A DNA stretch of 64,000 bases from a bacterium (GTDB lineage Bacteria; Hinthialibacterota; Hinthialibacteria; Hinthialibacterales; Hinthialibacteraceae): positions 32,001 to 96,000 of the forward strand of contig CAXXSM010000118.1 of the NCBI GenBank assembly GCA_963663405.2. Reading direction: 5' to 3'. Shown one piece after another: positions 1 through 9,406 of the stretch. The position numbers and the translations under genes were made by a program. Below the pieces are notes generated by a model. That model saw nothing but the letters and a program-made list of their open reading frames with translations. It was not told the DNA's origin and searched no databases. Position 1 is the stretch's first letter. Every line of letters begins with the position of its first letter.

Positions 1-1020
1 TGATGCGCAATCCCCAAGTCGTTGGCGGGACCCCGGCGATCCTGGCCGTGCTGCACACTTGGCGGGGAGATCTGGAATTGCATCCACATGTCCATCTGTT
101 GGTCAGCGCCGGCGCCGTGAGTGAGGACGGCCACTCTTGGATGGAACTCCGCCACCCGAAATGGCTTCTCCATGTGGGAACGCTCAGCTTACTCGTTCGC
201 CGGCGCTTTAAAGAACGGCTCGAAAAAGCGGCGCCGGAGATCTTCCAAGGCATCGAGACCAAGGTCTGGAATAGAGGCTGGAACTCGTTCTGCAAACCGT
301 ATGGCAAAGGCGTGAAAGCCATCTTGAATTACCTGGGGCGCTATGTCTATCGCATCGCGATCTCCAACCACCGGCTTCTGGCAATGGACGCTACCCACGT
401 GACGTTCCGCTACAAGACCTTCAAAGAGAAGCATTGGCGAACTCTCCGCTTGCCGGGCGAAGAATTTCTGCGGCGCTTCGTGATGCATGTGCTCCCCCGC
501 GGCTTCCATAAAGTCCGCTACTATGGGCTGTGGCATCACTGTCATCGGGACACACGCAATCGAATCCGTTTGCTCCTCGCCCCCAAGGCGGAGAGCGTTT
601 CTATTCCCGAATCGGTTGAGAATTCCATCGTTTCAAAAGAGACCAACGACAAAGCAGTATTCGATCGGACCGGCCAAGAATCGGCGCCGGAATGGCCTAA
701 ATGTCCGCGTTGCAAAAGCTGTAACGTGATTGTCATTGAAACCCTCAATCGGAATCGAAGCCCCTGATCGATTCCGATTGTAAGCATCGCGATGGTAATA
801 TAAAGAAATTATAACTTTACGCGGGAAGATTTTTTACTTTTCTTGCCGTGAGGGGATTTCTATAGCTTCAAGAGGATTTTCTCTTTCTAAACTATCAACT
901 TCTCTTCCTCAATTAAGCCGTTTCGCGAATAAATGGCGTGTTATTGGTTCTCACATTCCCCCCGCACTTCGTCCAATAGAGTTTGTATCTCGGCTTCGCT
1001 CGATAAAAACTCCTATCTAT
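1..1020 (+). mobile_element. 3' part of an IS91-family rolling-circle element, ending in a putative oriIS
   Basis: Contains the HUH/Y2 transposase. About 240 bp after its stop, GATAAAAACTCCTATCTAT (1002-1020) resembles the xCCTATxxAT oriIS ends of IS91/IS801/IS1294. The left part lies outside the window. Confidence 0.6.
3..767 (+). CDS. IS91-family transposase (5'-partial)
   Basis: LHTW...HPHVH HUH motif, YLGRY tyrosine pair, EFLRRF-HVLP-GF-KVRYYG signature, C-terminal CPRC zinc ribbon. Confidence 0.9.
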   Translation: MRNPQVVGGTPAILAVLHTWRGDLELHPHVHLLVSAGAVSEDGHSWMELRHPKWLLHVGTLSLLVRRRFKERLEKAAPEIFQGIETKVWNRGWNSFCKPYGKGVKAILNYLGRYVYRIAISNHRLLAMDATHVTFRYKTFKEKHWRTLRLPGEEFLRRFVMHVLPRGFHKVRYYGLWHHCHRDTRNRIRLLLAPKAESVSIPESVENSIVSKETNDKAVFDRTGQESAPEWPKCPRCKSCNVIVIETLNRNRSP

Positions 1021-1935
1021 TTACTCACAATTAATGACGGTTCCCAGGTTATAGGCTTTAAGAAAACGAACTTCGGATTCCATCCCGTATGAGGTAAAAA
1101 CTTCCCGCATCGCTTCGCCGATGCTTTCCCGATTCCGCTGTGTGACCGCCATCATCGTTGATCCGGAACCGCTCAAATACCCCCCAATGGCTCCGGCTTC
1201 TCTCGCGGCGTGGATCACGTCGAAGAGAGGTTTTAGCGCAGGGATCTTCGCTTGCCGATCGATTTGATGAAGCCGGTCCTCGAATAAATCCCCCATGCTT
1301 TCGTAATCCCCTTTTGCGAAAGCGAGCGCAAGAAGCGCAGCGTGATTGACGTTGAAGACCGCATCTTCTCGTGGGATTGTATCCGCGAACACGACACGGG
1401 CCTTATCGGTTTCAACCGCCTGCGAGGGCCAGACCGCGACGAAGTCGAGTGTGTTTGGAATTTCGCATTTATAGCAATAGAGTTTTCCGTTTACAATCCC
1501 CGATGCGGTCATTCCCCCATAAAATGAAGCGGCCGCGTTATCCGTGCAAGCCTCTAATTCCGAAACGATGGTAACAAGCTTCCGATCGGAAATCTCAGCC
1601 GCAAGCATCGCGTTCAATCCAGCCACCACAGCGATCCGGAACGTGGCGCTGCTGGCCAATCCACGCGCAATAGGCACATTGTTATCCACTTTCAGCGTAA
1701 AATGCGTCTCTGGAAGACCGGTCTTTTCGAAGAAATACCGCGCCGCATACTGGATCATCTTTTCGCATGGCTCATGCAACGCTGGATCAATCCCACAATT
1801 TTCATCTAACACAGTCTCTGAATCATTTTGTATTAACTCAAATGAATTCAGAAGATTAACAGCTATGCCCAGCGTATCAAATCCTGGGCCTAGATTAGCG
1901 GACGAAGCGGGCACATGGATTGTAACTGTTTTCAT
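1021..1935 (-). CDS. thrB: homoserine kinase
   Basis: VPASSANLGPGFD, GHMP motif PIARGLASSA, DRLHQ, SGSGST. Confidence 0.92.
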   Translation of the reverse strand: MKTVTIHVPASSANLGPGFDTLGIAVNLLNSFELIQNDSETVLDENCGIDPALHEPCEKMIQYAARYFFEKTGLPETHFTLKVDNNVPIARGLASSATFRIAVVAGLNAMLAAEISDRKLVTIVSELEACTDNAAASFYGGMTASGIVNGKLYCYKCEIPNTLDFVAVWPSQAVETDKARVVFADTIPREDAVFNVNHAALLALAFAKGDYESMGDLFEDRLHQIDRQAKIPALKPLFDVIHAAREAGAIGGYLSGSGSTMMAVTQRNRESIGEAMREVFTSYGMESEVRFLKAYNLGTVINCE

Positions 1936-2067
1936 TCAAGGTTGTTCCTAATTTTTACTAAAAGTGATAATCAATAATGAATTATTCCATCTCTAAATCA
2001 AACCGGGAATCCACAAAGACTGCTCTAACAAGATATTTCAAAACAAGCAGAAAATGTAGTTAATCAA

Positions 2068-2110
2068 AATCCTGAAAATCCTTTAATCCTGCCCATCCTG
2101 ATTCAGACAA
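2068..2110 (+). repeat. short intergenic ATCCT-iterated repeat element ending GATTCAGACAA
   Basis: AATCCTGAAAATCCTTTAATCCTGCCCATCCTGATTCAGACAA contains four ATCCT units. It resembles a dispersed intergenic repeat class recalled from other bacteria; only one copy is present here. Confidence 0.45.
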
Positions 2111-2134
2111 AAAAAAAACAATGTGTTAACGTTT

Positions 2135-2199
2135 CTATTCTTCCAAAAAATAATCAAAATCGATTTTCTTGATTTCGTAGGTGGATTCAACCAAAACGC
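2135..2199 (-). repeat. diverged duplicate of the mrr 3' end (copy of 2898-2962)
   Basis: 59/65 nt identical to 2898-2962 by manual alignment; encodes VLVESTYEIKKIDFDYFLEE* versus VSIESTYEIKKIDFDYFLEE*. Confidence 0.9.
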
Positions 2200-2228
2200 T
2201 GCTCTCATATTCTATTCTTTTAACGTAT

Positions 2229-2529
2229 TTACCGATAAGACGTAAACTCGGTTTCCGGATCTTCTCGTCCCAAAATTCGAAGAATAATAATTTCATCAGG
2301 ATCAATCCGGTAATATATTGAATGGACTACGGTAAACACAACGCCGCAATCCGGCTCGAATATGGGAAACCGCTGGCCAACGCTGTGGATATTCGGTTAG
2401 ATCATCTAGTTGTTCGTACAATCCATCAACATACGTATCTGCTTGTTCCAGCCCAAATTTCTCAAATCCGAAAACGAATAAACGATCAATATCAGCATCA
2501 GCGGCGTTTGTTAGTCTATATCTCGCCAT
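2229..2529 (-). pseudogene. parE: ParE/RelE-family toxin, frameshifted (+1 near 2324)
   Basis: ORF MARYRLTNAADADI...LRRCVYRS. Removing one base at GG 2324-2325 restores SHSIYYRIDPDEIIILRILGREDP...* and a 99-aa ParE. Confidence 0.85.
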
Positions 2530-2774
2530 CGGCTTTCAAACGTTTTTTTTGCCGCCTCTACAATCTGTTGTGGTGTCCGGTTACTCATTCCACTCTGTTC
2601 ACCTTCGATGATAGCGGCGCGGATCATTTCAATTTCTTCGATTCGAGTCTGTTTCTCACGGATTAAATCACGCAATAACTCACTCTCATTACCATATTTA
2701 CCGCTCTCAATTTGAGACTTAATCCAAGCGTCTTGTTGATCGGTTACCGTAATACTTTTTTTGACCATCCCCAT
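2511..2774 (-). CDS. parD: ParD-family (ribbon-helix-helix) antitoxin
   Basis: SITVT...IESGKYGNESELLRDLIRE...IRAAIIEGEQSG pattern; overlaps parE; GGAGG RBS before the ATG at 2774. Confidence 0.88.
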   Translation of the reverse strand: MGMVKKSITVTDQQDAWIKSQIESGKYGNESELLRDLIREKQTRIEEIEMIRAAIIEGEQSGMSNRTPQQIVEAAKKTFESRWRDID

Positions 2775-2797
2775 GATTCTGCCTCCAAGAAAACACA

Positions 2798-2828
2798 CGA
2801 TAATATACTAATATATCCTATATTATCG
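2798..2828. promoter_or_regulatory. inverted repeat upstream of parD, probable antitoxin operator
   Basis: CGATAATATA-N11-TATATTATCG, perfect 10-bp arms just upstream of the antitoxin start. Confidence 0.55.
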
Positions 2829-2897
2829 TATCCTAAAAGCAAAAATCGACTTTTATTTCTCAAAAAGAAAGTATCATGAAACTTTGGATTTTCTTTC

Positions 2898-3819
2898 CTA
2901 TTCTTCCAAAAAATAATCGAAATCAATCTTCTTGATTTCGTAGGTGGATTCAATTGAAACGCCGATATTATAATCAATCATATACTGCGCGAGAGCCTCT
3001 CCATCAATCAGAATGATTTTTGAATCCATTTTTCCCACACATTCAGTCGCCTGACTTGTGAAATCAGAAGTCGTGATGAAAATTCCTTTTTTAGCATGAT
3101 GCATTTGTAAAGCGCCAGCAAATTTTTGGATTTCAGGACGAGAGACGCTCCCTTCCCAACGTTTGGCTTGAATATAGATCACATCCAATCCCAACCGGTC
3201 TTCCTTGATAATCCCATCAATCCCCCCATCACCGCTTTTCCCAACCGCCTGCCCGGCGTCTTTCAAAGTTCCCCCATACCCCATTTTCACAATCAACTCA
3301 ACAACGATTCGTTCAAAATAAGCGGGGGAAACTTTCTTCAATTGATCCAACAACTCAGACGCTAATTCATTTCTGATCTTTTGGTATCCATTTTCCAACG
3401 CCTCTAATGGTTGTAATCTGATCATCTTTTTGCTCAATCTCGTCAGTACTACTTTGATCTTTACTATCATTTAAGCGTCTTTCTTTAAATTCAATAAATT
3501 CAGGAAATTTCTTTAAATAGTCATTATCGATTTTAGCAGGATTCTGTTGAAGAACATCCAATCCTCTTTGTGTAATTTTCACAATTCCTCTTGATGGATT
3601 ATCAACAAGACCCGCTTTTTTTAAATATACTTTCGCCCAAGAAACCCTATTTTCAAATTTCGATTGTCGACCGCTTGGTACAAGTACTTTTAAGTCATCA
3701 TCTGAGAGATCCATTTCCTCAGCCATTCTGTCATAAACTTCACGTATCCGATGATCTTCTTGATCAGAGCAGAATTTCAAAATGGGTAACATGAATTGTT
3801 GATAATCTGGAACAGCCAT
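2898..3819 (-). pseudogene. mrr: Mrr type IV restriction endonuclease, frameshifted (+1 near 3411)
   Basis: Mrr_N half (MAVPDYQ...FENRVSWAKVYLKKAGL) and Mrr_cat half (DGGIDG, YIQAKRW, FITTS) lie in different frames. Removing one base at TT 3411-3412 gives ITPLEALENG and a 306-aa protein. Confidence 0.88.
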
Positions 3820-3847
3820 TTCATTACCCTTAATAATAAGATTCAAC

Positions 3848-5569
3848 TCACTTCTCAATAAACTGCTTCATTCGCTTCAATCCCTCGCGGATGTTCTCCA
3901 TCGATGTGGCGAAAGAGAGCCGGATATATTCCTGGTCTTCCCCCTCATTGCGGCGTCCGAAGCAGGTTCTGGGAAGGACAGCGACGCCCGCTTGTTCCAA
4001 TAGGGCTTTCTGCAATTCATTAGCGGTCCGCAGACCAAGGCGGCGGCAGGCTTCGGTTACGTTAGGGAAAACGTAAAACGCGCCCTGCGCGGGCAGGCAT
4101 CGGACACCATCAATACCATTTAGCAATTCCACAATAATACGGCTGCGCTGGCTGAACTGTTCAATCATATATTGAGATTCATGGTGCGGGCCTTCGAGCG
4201 CGCTGACGCAGGCGATTTGTGAGAACGAGCAAGTGCAGCTGTCGATGTTGGTTTCAATCTTGGCCACATGTTTCGCCAGTTCACGGTTCATGACGCCGTA
4301 TCCCATCCGCCAGCCGGTCATCGCGTACGTTTTTGAGAATCCATCCACGATAATCGTCCGCTCCTTCATCCCCGGAAATCCAACAACGGAATGAAACTCG
4401 GAATCAAAGATGATCTGCGAATAAACCTCATCAGAAATAATCCAAAGATTATTCTCAACCGCAAGTCGCGCGATCTCTCTCAATACCTCGATCCCTAGAA
4501 GCGTTCCTGTCGGATTCCCAGGCGTATTGAGAACGATTAACTTGGTTTTCGACGTAATCCGTGAAGCGAGATCGTCAACACTGAAGTTCCAATTCCGCTC
4601 TTCCAACATTGGAAGCGGGATCGATCTCGCCCCAACCCAATCGATCACAGATTCGTAAATCGGATAGCCGGGATTGGGGTAAAGCGCTTCATCTCCTGGA
4701 TTGAGAAGCGCCATCATCACATCAAAAACAATCGGCTTGGCCCCCGGCGTTACAACCACTTCATCCGGATCAACCGGAATGCGGCGGGTGCGTTGCATAT
4801 ACCGGGCGATGGATTCCCGCAGTTCAGGAATCCCCGCGCTGGGACAGTAGTGCGTCTGATTCTCATCCAACGCCCGTTTAGCCGACTCCTTAATATGCGA
4901 TGGAGTGTCAAAATCCGGCTCGCCCAGACCGAACGAGATAATATCCCGCCCTTCAGCGCGCAGTTGATTCACCTCGGCCAACACATCAAACGCCGTCTCG
5001 GTCCCAAGTTTTGACATCCGTTCGGCTAAGGAAGGAAGACTCGCGCTTGGTTGTATATCAAAGAGCCGCGATCCTGAAAGTGGAGCGGTAATCCATAACG
5101 GTTTATTCCCCCCAGCGCGATGAGCGGTGAAGATCGATTCGAGATCAATAAGTGACAAGTTTTCGCAAGTATGAATCGTCCAGCGCGGAGAATCGACCGG
5201 CTCGATTGGACAGATGACAATGACCTGATCCGATAATCCATCACGAATTCGCGAGATCGAAACCGTGTCACTTTGATCCACTAGGCAAAAGAGACGGCGG
5301 GGATACGGCATTGTGGCTAGACAGATATCAAGCGTATCAAAACCCGCCGCGGGAAGATCCTTCGGACCACAGCCCATTCTCAGAAACGCTTCCCGAACAA
5401 CTTCCGCATAAGCTTCCGAAAAGAGCAACCGGTCCCCTCCTTCCCACATGGGATTCCCTGGATCGATTCTCATCTCAGCAAATAGAATCCCTCCAACCGC
5501 ATTGACAAGGGCTTCCGGACGATTTCCTTTACGCAGTTTTTCTATTTTAGTAACAAGATCGGCGCGCAT
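3848..5569 (-). CDS. class I/II PLP-dependent aminotransferase (AspAT-like) with a ~180-aa degenerate transketolase-N-like extension
   Basis: GEPDFDTP, NPGYPIY, PGNPTG, SDEVY, PLP-lysine motif FSKTYAMTGWRMG. N-terminal MRIDPGNPMWEGGDRLLFS resembles the transketolase N-domain. Confidence 0.85.
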   Translation of the reverse strand: MRADLVTKIEKLRKGNRPEALVNAVGGILFAEMRIDPGNPMWEGGDRLLFSEAYAEVVREAFLRMGCGPKDLPAAGFDTLDICLATMPYPRRLFCLVDQSDTVSISRIRDGLSDQVIVICPIEPVDSPRWTIHTCENLSLIDLESIFTAHRAGGNKPLWITAPLSGSRLFDIQPSASLPSLAERMSKLGTETAFDVLAEVNQLRAEGRDIISFGLGEPDFDTPSHIKESAKRALDENQTHYCPSAGIPELRESIARYMQRTRRIPVDPDEVVVTPGAKPIVFDVMMALLNPGDEALYPNPGYPIYESVIDWVGARSIPLPMLEERNWNFSVDDLASRITSKTKLIVLNTPGNPTGTLLGIEVLREIARLAVENNLWIISDEVYSQIIFDSEFHSVVGFPGMKERTIIVDGFSKTYAMTGWRMGYGVMNRELAKHVAKIETNIDSCTCSFSQIACVSALEGPHHESQYMIEQFSQRSRIIVELLNGIDGVRCLPAQGAFYVFPNVTEACRRLGLRTANELQKALLEQAGVAVLPRTCFGRRNEGEDQEYIRLSFATSMENIREGLKRMKQFIEK

Positions 5570-5701
5570 AATCGCTATTCCCCGATTTCTTTTTTTTGAA
5601 TCCTAATCGCCTGACGGATACCAAGGGCAAGGATTTTTCTGCCCATGCGTTTTACCAACATCGAAAGGCTTCATCATTGATTCCGGCTTAAAAATTCATT
5701 C

Positions 5702-5774
5702 ACGGGCGGGACGCCCGCGCTCCATTGAATATCCAATATTTCTTCTGACGGGTGGGTCGCCCGCGCTCCATTGA
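5702..5774 (+). repeat. two tandem REP-like palindromic elements
   Basis: ACGGGCGGGACGCCCGCGCTCCATTGA (5702-5728) and ACGGGTGGGTCGCCCGCGCTCCATTGA (5748-5774); a third diverged copy is at 20014-20040. Confidence 0.75.
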
Positions 5775-7853
5775 TTATTCGATTGGGAGCATATCCATAT
5801 TTTGGCCGCGCAGTTTTGCGAGAGTTTTGACCGCGTCGTTGGCCGATACGTTTTTATGTACGAGTTCGCAGACGGATTCCGCAACGGCGGCTGGATCATC
5901 ATCACCTGGGAACAGGACATTTCTACCCACCATCGCGCCACGCACATTATTCCCTTCCCCCATCCCGCGTACGAACTGCTCAATCACGGAAATCGGATTC
6001 CCTAGCGATTCTCCACCAAGCATAAGAATCGGCCCGGAAAACGCCTGCGCGACTCGGTGATATTGATCCACATAAGGGATTTTCAGCCATAAATTCGCCG
6101 ACGAATGCGAAAGCCCCGACGCCACGCCGATGACGCGGATCAGATCGTCAGCCTGTAAAACGAGTTGGTATTTCCCATCAATCTGACGAACAGGAAGCGG
6201 TTCGATAAAGACCGGCAGGCCGATATCGTTACAGGCTTCCACACTGCGCGAGCATTCTTCCATCGTTTGGAGACAATAACGGTCATAAGGATCGGGCACG
6301 GCGAGACGCAGCAACAATTTCGCTCCATCCAGTTTGAGCGCTTGTATTTTTTTCGCGTCGCGGTACGCGGTCATCCGATCGAGCATTTCGTATTTGGCGC
6401 CCGCCAAACCACTGCGATTCATACAGGCGATCAATACTTTTTCATCCATAAAACTTTTGCCCGATTTCTCCTCATAAATGGAATCAATCAGAATAAGATC
6501 TTCAATCACGTCGGCGGTCGCCATCAATCCATCAACGGAAGACGCCATCATGACTCTGGCGCATCGCCCAAGATATTCAAAACGGTTCCCCATCGCGGTC
6601 TTATCGGATCCAACGCTTGTCACCATACGTGCGGGATGATCGGCGGCGAGGATAACCATTTTCCCATCCGGCGCCAGAATTTCCCTTTGTTTCCGTTTTT
6701 TCATTCTTTCCAGGATCAATCCCGGTTGTTTCACGCGGATATCGACCAATCGATCCCATAAATCATCACTAATAAATTTTCGAGTTTGGTATACGTAATT
6801 ATTGACTAGTGAATAGTTTACATCAATTCGATTCCGTGTGCGAAACAGGATAGATTTCGCTTCCACCGCCAAATCTTCGGGAATCTCACTTCCTATAGGG
6901 CTGATCTCAAACGCGATTGTCCCCTTATAATTGGACTCAGTGAGCGCTTGCAGGAATCCAGCCAACCGTGTTTCCGTCAATTCACCATCCACAGCGCTGA
7001 GGCCGGGATGAACGTCACCATACCGAATATCCCCTTCAGGAGTATTCCGATTCAAGACAACATTGGCGACATGAAAATGACCAATGTACGGACAGAGACG
7101 CTTCAAAACATCCGGCCCTTCACCCGAAATCAGCATGTGGCTTGAATCCACGAGAAGAACCAGTTCTCTATGCCCATAAATGTTGCGGATCGATTCGACA
7201 AACAGCTCCGCCCGGTCCGCCGGACCGAGCAACGCTTCCTTGAAAAAAGAGGCGCCTTCCGGATTTTTCCGGTAATCAAAGATCTCCAAGAGAGGGATCA
7301 AGGCGGTTTGATTTTTCTTCTCGGCGGCTTCTTGAATGTAGACACAGATCTCACGAACCGATCGGCGCAGTTGAGACAACGCTTCCGAGCGGATCGCTTC
7401 CGCCTGTTCCCCTTCCGCGTCCTGCATGACGGCCGGATCTTTTCCGCTGAAGAAAGCGAATTTATCACAGCCGTATTCATACGCTTCATCTATGAATTCT
7501 TTTAGCCGCCGAACCGCTTTTTCCCTCTCGTTTTCGTCCAATGAACAAATATCCGAAGGAAGAACGATGTTGTCTTCATTGATAAGTTGTATGGGCTGAG
7601 CGGAAAAGACGATTTCCCTCAATTGATTCTTTTCTTTGGCCACGCGCAGCAAATCAGCGGCCTTGCGGCGGATCGAAGGGGATTTAATCCGGGTGATTTC
7701 AACAGATCGAAAATCCGGATCCTTGATGATCCATCCTAATGTGTTAAGCAGATATTCTTCACGGCCTTCACCACGGAGCACGGAATTTGTGTTACCCGGT
7801 CCAGAGAATTGCGAGCAGTGGACAATGCCAAGGAGATTTTGTTCCAGGGCCAC
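5775..7853 (-). CDS. fusion: sugar-phosphate isomerase/epimerase TIM barrel (AP_endonuc_2-like) + class I aldolase-like barrel (Cgl0159/DhnA-like)
   Basis: N-half has metal-ligand-like motifs LEIFD, VDSSH, HFHVAN, GDVHP, AFEI. C-half has ILAADHPAR, CMNRSGL, DGAK, EPLP, WLKIPY, LGG, GRN. Confidence 0.7.
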   Translation of the reverse strand: MALEQNLLGIVHCSQFSGPGNTNSVLRGEGREEYLLNTLGWIIKDPDFRSVEITRIKSPSIRRKAADLLRVAKEKNQLREIVFSAQPIQLINEDNIVLPSDICSLDENEREKAVRRLKEFIDEAYEYGCDKFAFFSGKDPAVMQDAEGEQAEAIRSEALSQLRRSVREICVYIQEAAEKKNQTALIPLLEIFDYRKNPEGASFFKEALLGPADRAELFVESIRNIYGHRELVLLVDSSHMLISGEGPDVLKRLCPYIGHFHVANVVLNRNTPEGDIRYGDVHPGLSAVDGELTETRLAGFLQALTESNYKGTIAFEISPIGSEIPEDLAVEAKSILFRTRNRIDVNYSLVNNYVYQTRKFISDDLWDRLVDIRVKQPGLILERMKKRKQREILAPDGKMVILAADHPARMVTSVGSDKTAMGNRFEYLGRCARVMMASSVDGLMATADVIEDLILIDSIYEEKSGKSFMDEKVLIACMNRSGLAGAKYEMLDRMTAYRDAKKIQALKLDGAKLLLRLAVPDPYDRYCLQTMEECSRSVEACNDIGLPVFIEPLPVRQIDGKYQLVLQADDLIRVIGVASGLSHSSANLWLKIPYVDQYHRVAQAFSGPILMLGGESLGNPISVIEQFVRGMGEGNNVRGAMVGRNVLFPGDDDPAAVAESVCELVHKNVSANDAVKTLAKLRGQNMDMLPIE

Positions 7854-8246
7854 GATTGTTCTCTCCTGTCAATGAATATAAGAAACTGTTTGTGATCGAT
7901 GGACGCTGCGGCAAAATGATTATGCGAGACAAAATTCCATTCGAACTCGCTAAGTCATTCTCCTGTTTCCCTCGTTTTGGGAAATCGATTTTAACATCCG
8001 TTTTTCGCCGCTTTATCCTGTTCTAAACATTATAAGTATATGTTCAAGAAGAGATAGAGGAGCGGATGTATCGTGGGATGGTTTCTAAGATGAATCCGTT
8101 CAATAATCATAGTTCAAAGATGGATAGCGGGAAATTTTGGCGGGATGAAGTCATGTTTTCAAGAATTTTCCTATAGCTAACAAATCCATATTCATCAATC
8201 AAGATTTCTAATCTGATTCACTTTTTTTTTAAAATCATAAGCTAAG

Positions 8247-9104
8247 TCAGATGGGGGAGATACTATTTTTGTTGTACATACGATCGACGATATACGCAAG
8301 TGGATCCACCACGGCGTGTCGATAGATTGTTGAATAAACCTGCCTGAATTTACTAAAAGAGAAATTCGCGTTGGATTCCCTTAATTTCGCAACATCTGAA
8401 TCCAAATTTCCAACATAGTTTTTGACATAACCAGGAAATACTTTTTCTTTATAAAATTGATACAACTCGATATCTTTCGCATTGCATTCCCGAATACGGG
8501 AGAGGAGTTTCTCGTCTTCTAAAATCTCGTCTACGACATTGGTTTTATGAACGTTAACATTCATGCGTTGATAATTGATACATAGATCTTTTATTCCTAA
8601 AATCTGCTTCATTAATACGAGAGACCGGTCGTATTCTTCGCAAGATCCAACAAACGTGAAATGATTGAGCAACGCATCTTTCGCATATTCAACATCATTA
8701 TTTGGCGCCAATCGTTTCGTCATCACATTATAAACATTCTTTCTTTTTTCCAAAAACTCTTCTATTGTGTTCATTTTCTTTTTGAGATCTTTAACTTGCC
8801 GGAATTGAGAAATGAAACGAGCGACCGGATCGCGGAGTATTGTAATATATTGAATCGGTTTACGAGTCACGTCTTGATAGCCTAAATAATGCCGCAAGCT
8901 ATGACCGGCAAAGGCTTCTAAAAAAGGCATTACCGTAAACATCGCTCTCGCTTCTTCTTTCAAGAAAATGTCTTTAGATGTTTTATCCTGATCAAAATTC
9001 CCCGTTTTTTTTGTAGACAATAAGAGAATGTGGAGATAATTGTTTATTAATATCTGCTCAAGTGTGATCCCACCGGTCTTTGCGATATGAATAAAACATA
9101 TCAT
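8247..9104 (-). CDS. sulfotransferase family protein
   Basis: 5'-PSB motif FIHIAKTGG and 3'-PB motif LRDPVARFIS; lower GC than neighbours. Confidence 0.8.
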   Translation of the reverse strand: MICFIHIAKTGGITLEQILINNYLHILLLSTKKTGNFDQDKTSKDIFLKEEARAMFTVMPFLEAFAGHSLRHYLGYQDVTRKPIQYITILRDPVARFISQFRQVKDLKKKMNTIEEFLEKRKNVYNVMTKRLAPNNDVEYAKDALLNHFTFVGSCEEYDRSLVLMKQILGIKDLCINYQRMNVNVHKTNVVDEILEDEKLLSRIRECNAKDIELYQFYKEKVFPGYVKNYVGNLDSDVAKLRESNANFSFSKFRQVYSTIYRHAVVDPLAYIVDRMYNKNSISPI

Positions 9105-9406
9105 GGATATGCGATCTCCTTTAAACGGTAACCGTTTCGATTGTATTCAGTAAATTAACTCTCTCAATAACTCCAGAAAAACAACTATAATAATTAAAAC
9201 GTCAAACGGCGGAGAAGCAATACTAAAAGTGATAAATCAGTTTTAATTTTGTTTTCTAAACAACTTGAACGATTTAAAAAAAATGAATAGTCTTTCCAAT
9301 CCAGCCATCAATAGAAGTGTTGAATTATGAAAATAGATCAGCCGAATGACTTGGAATGATGAATGATTGGAAACCAGCGATACACATGGCGATGGAAAAA
9401 TAATCC

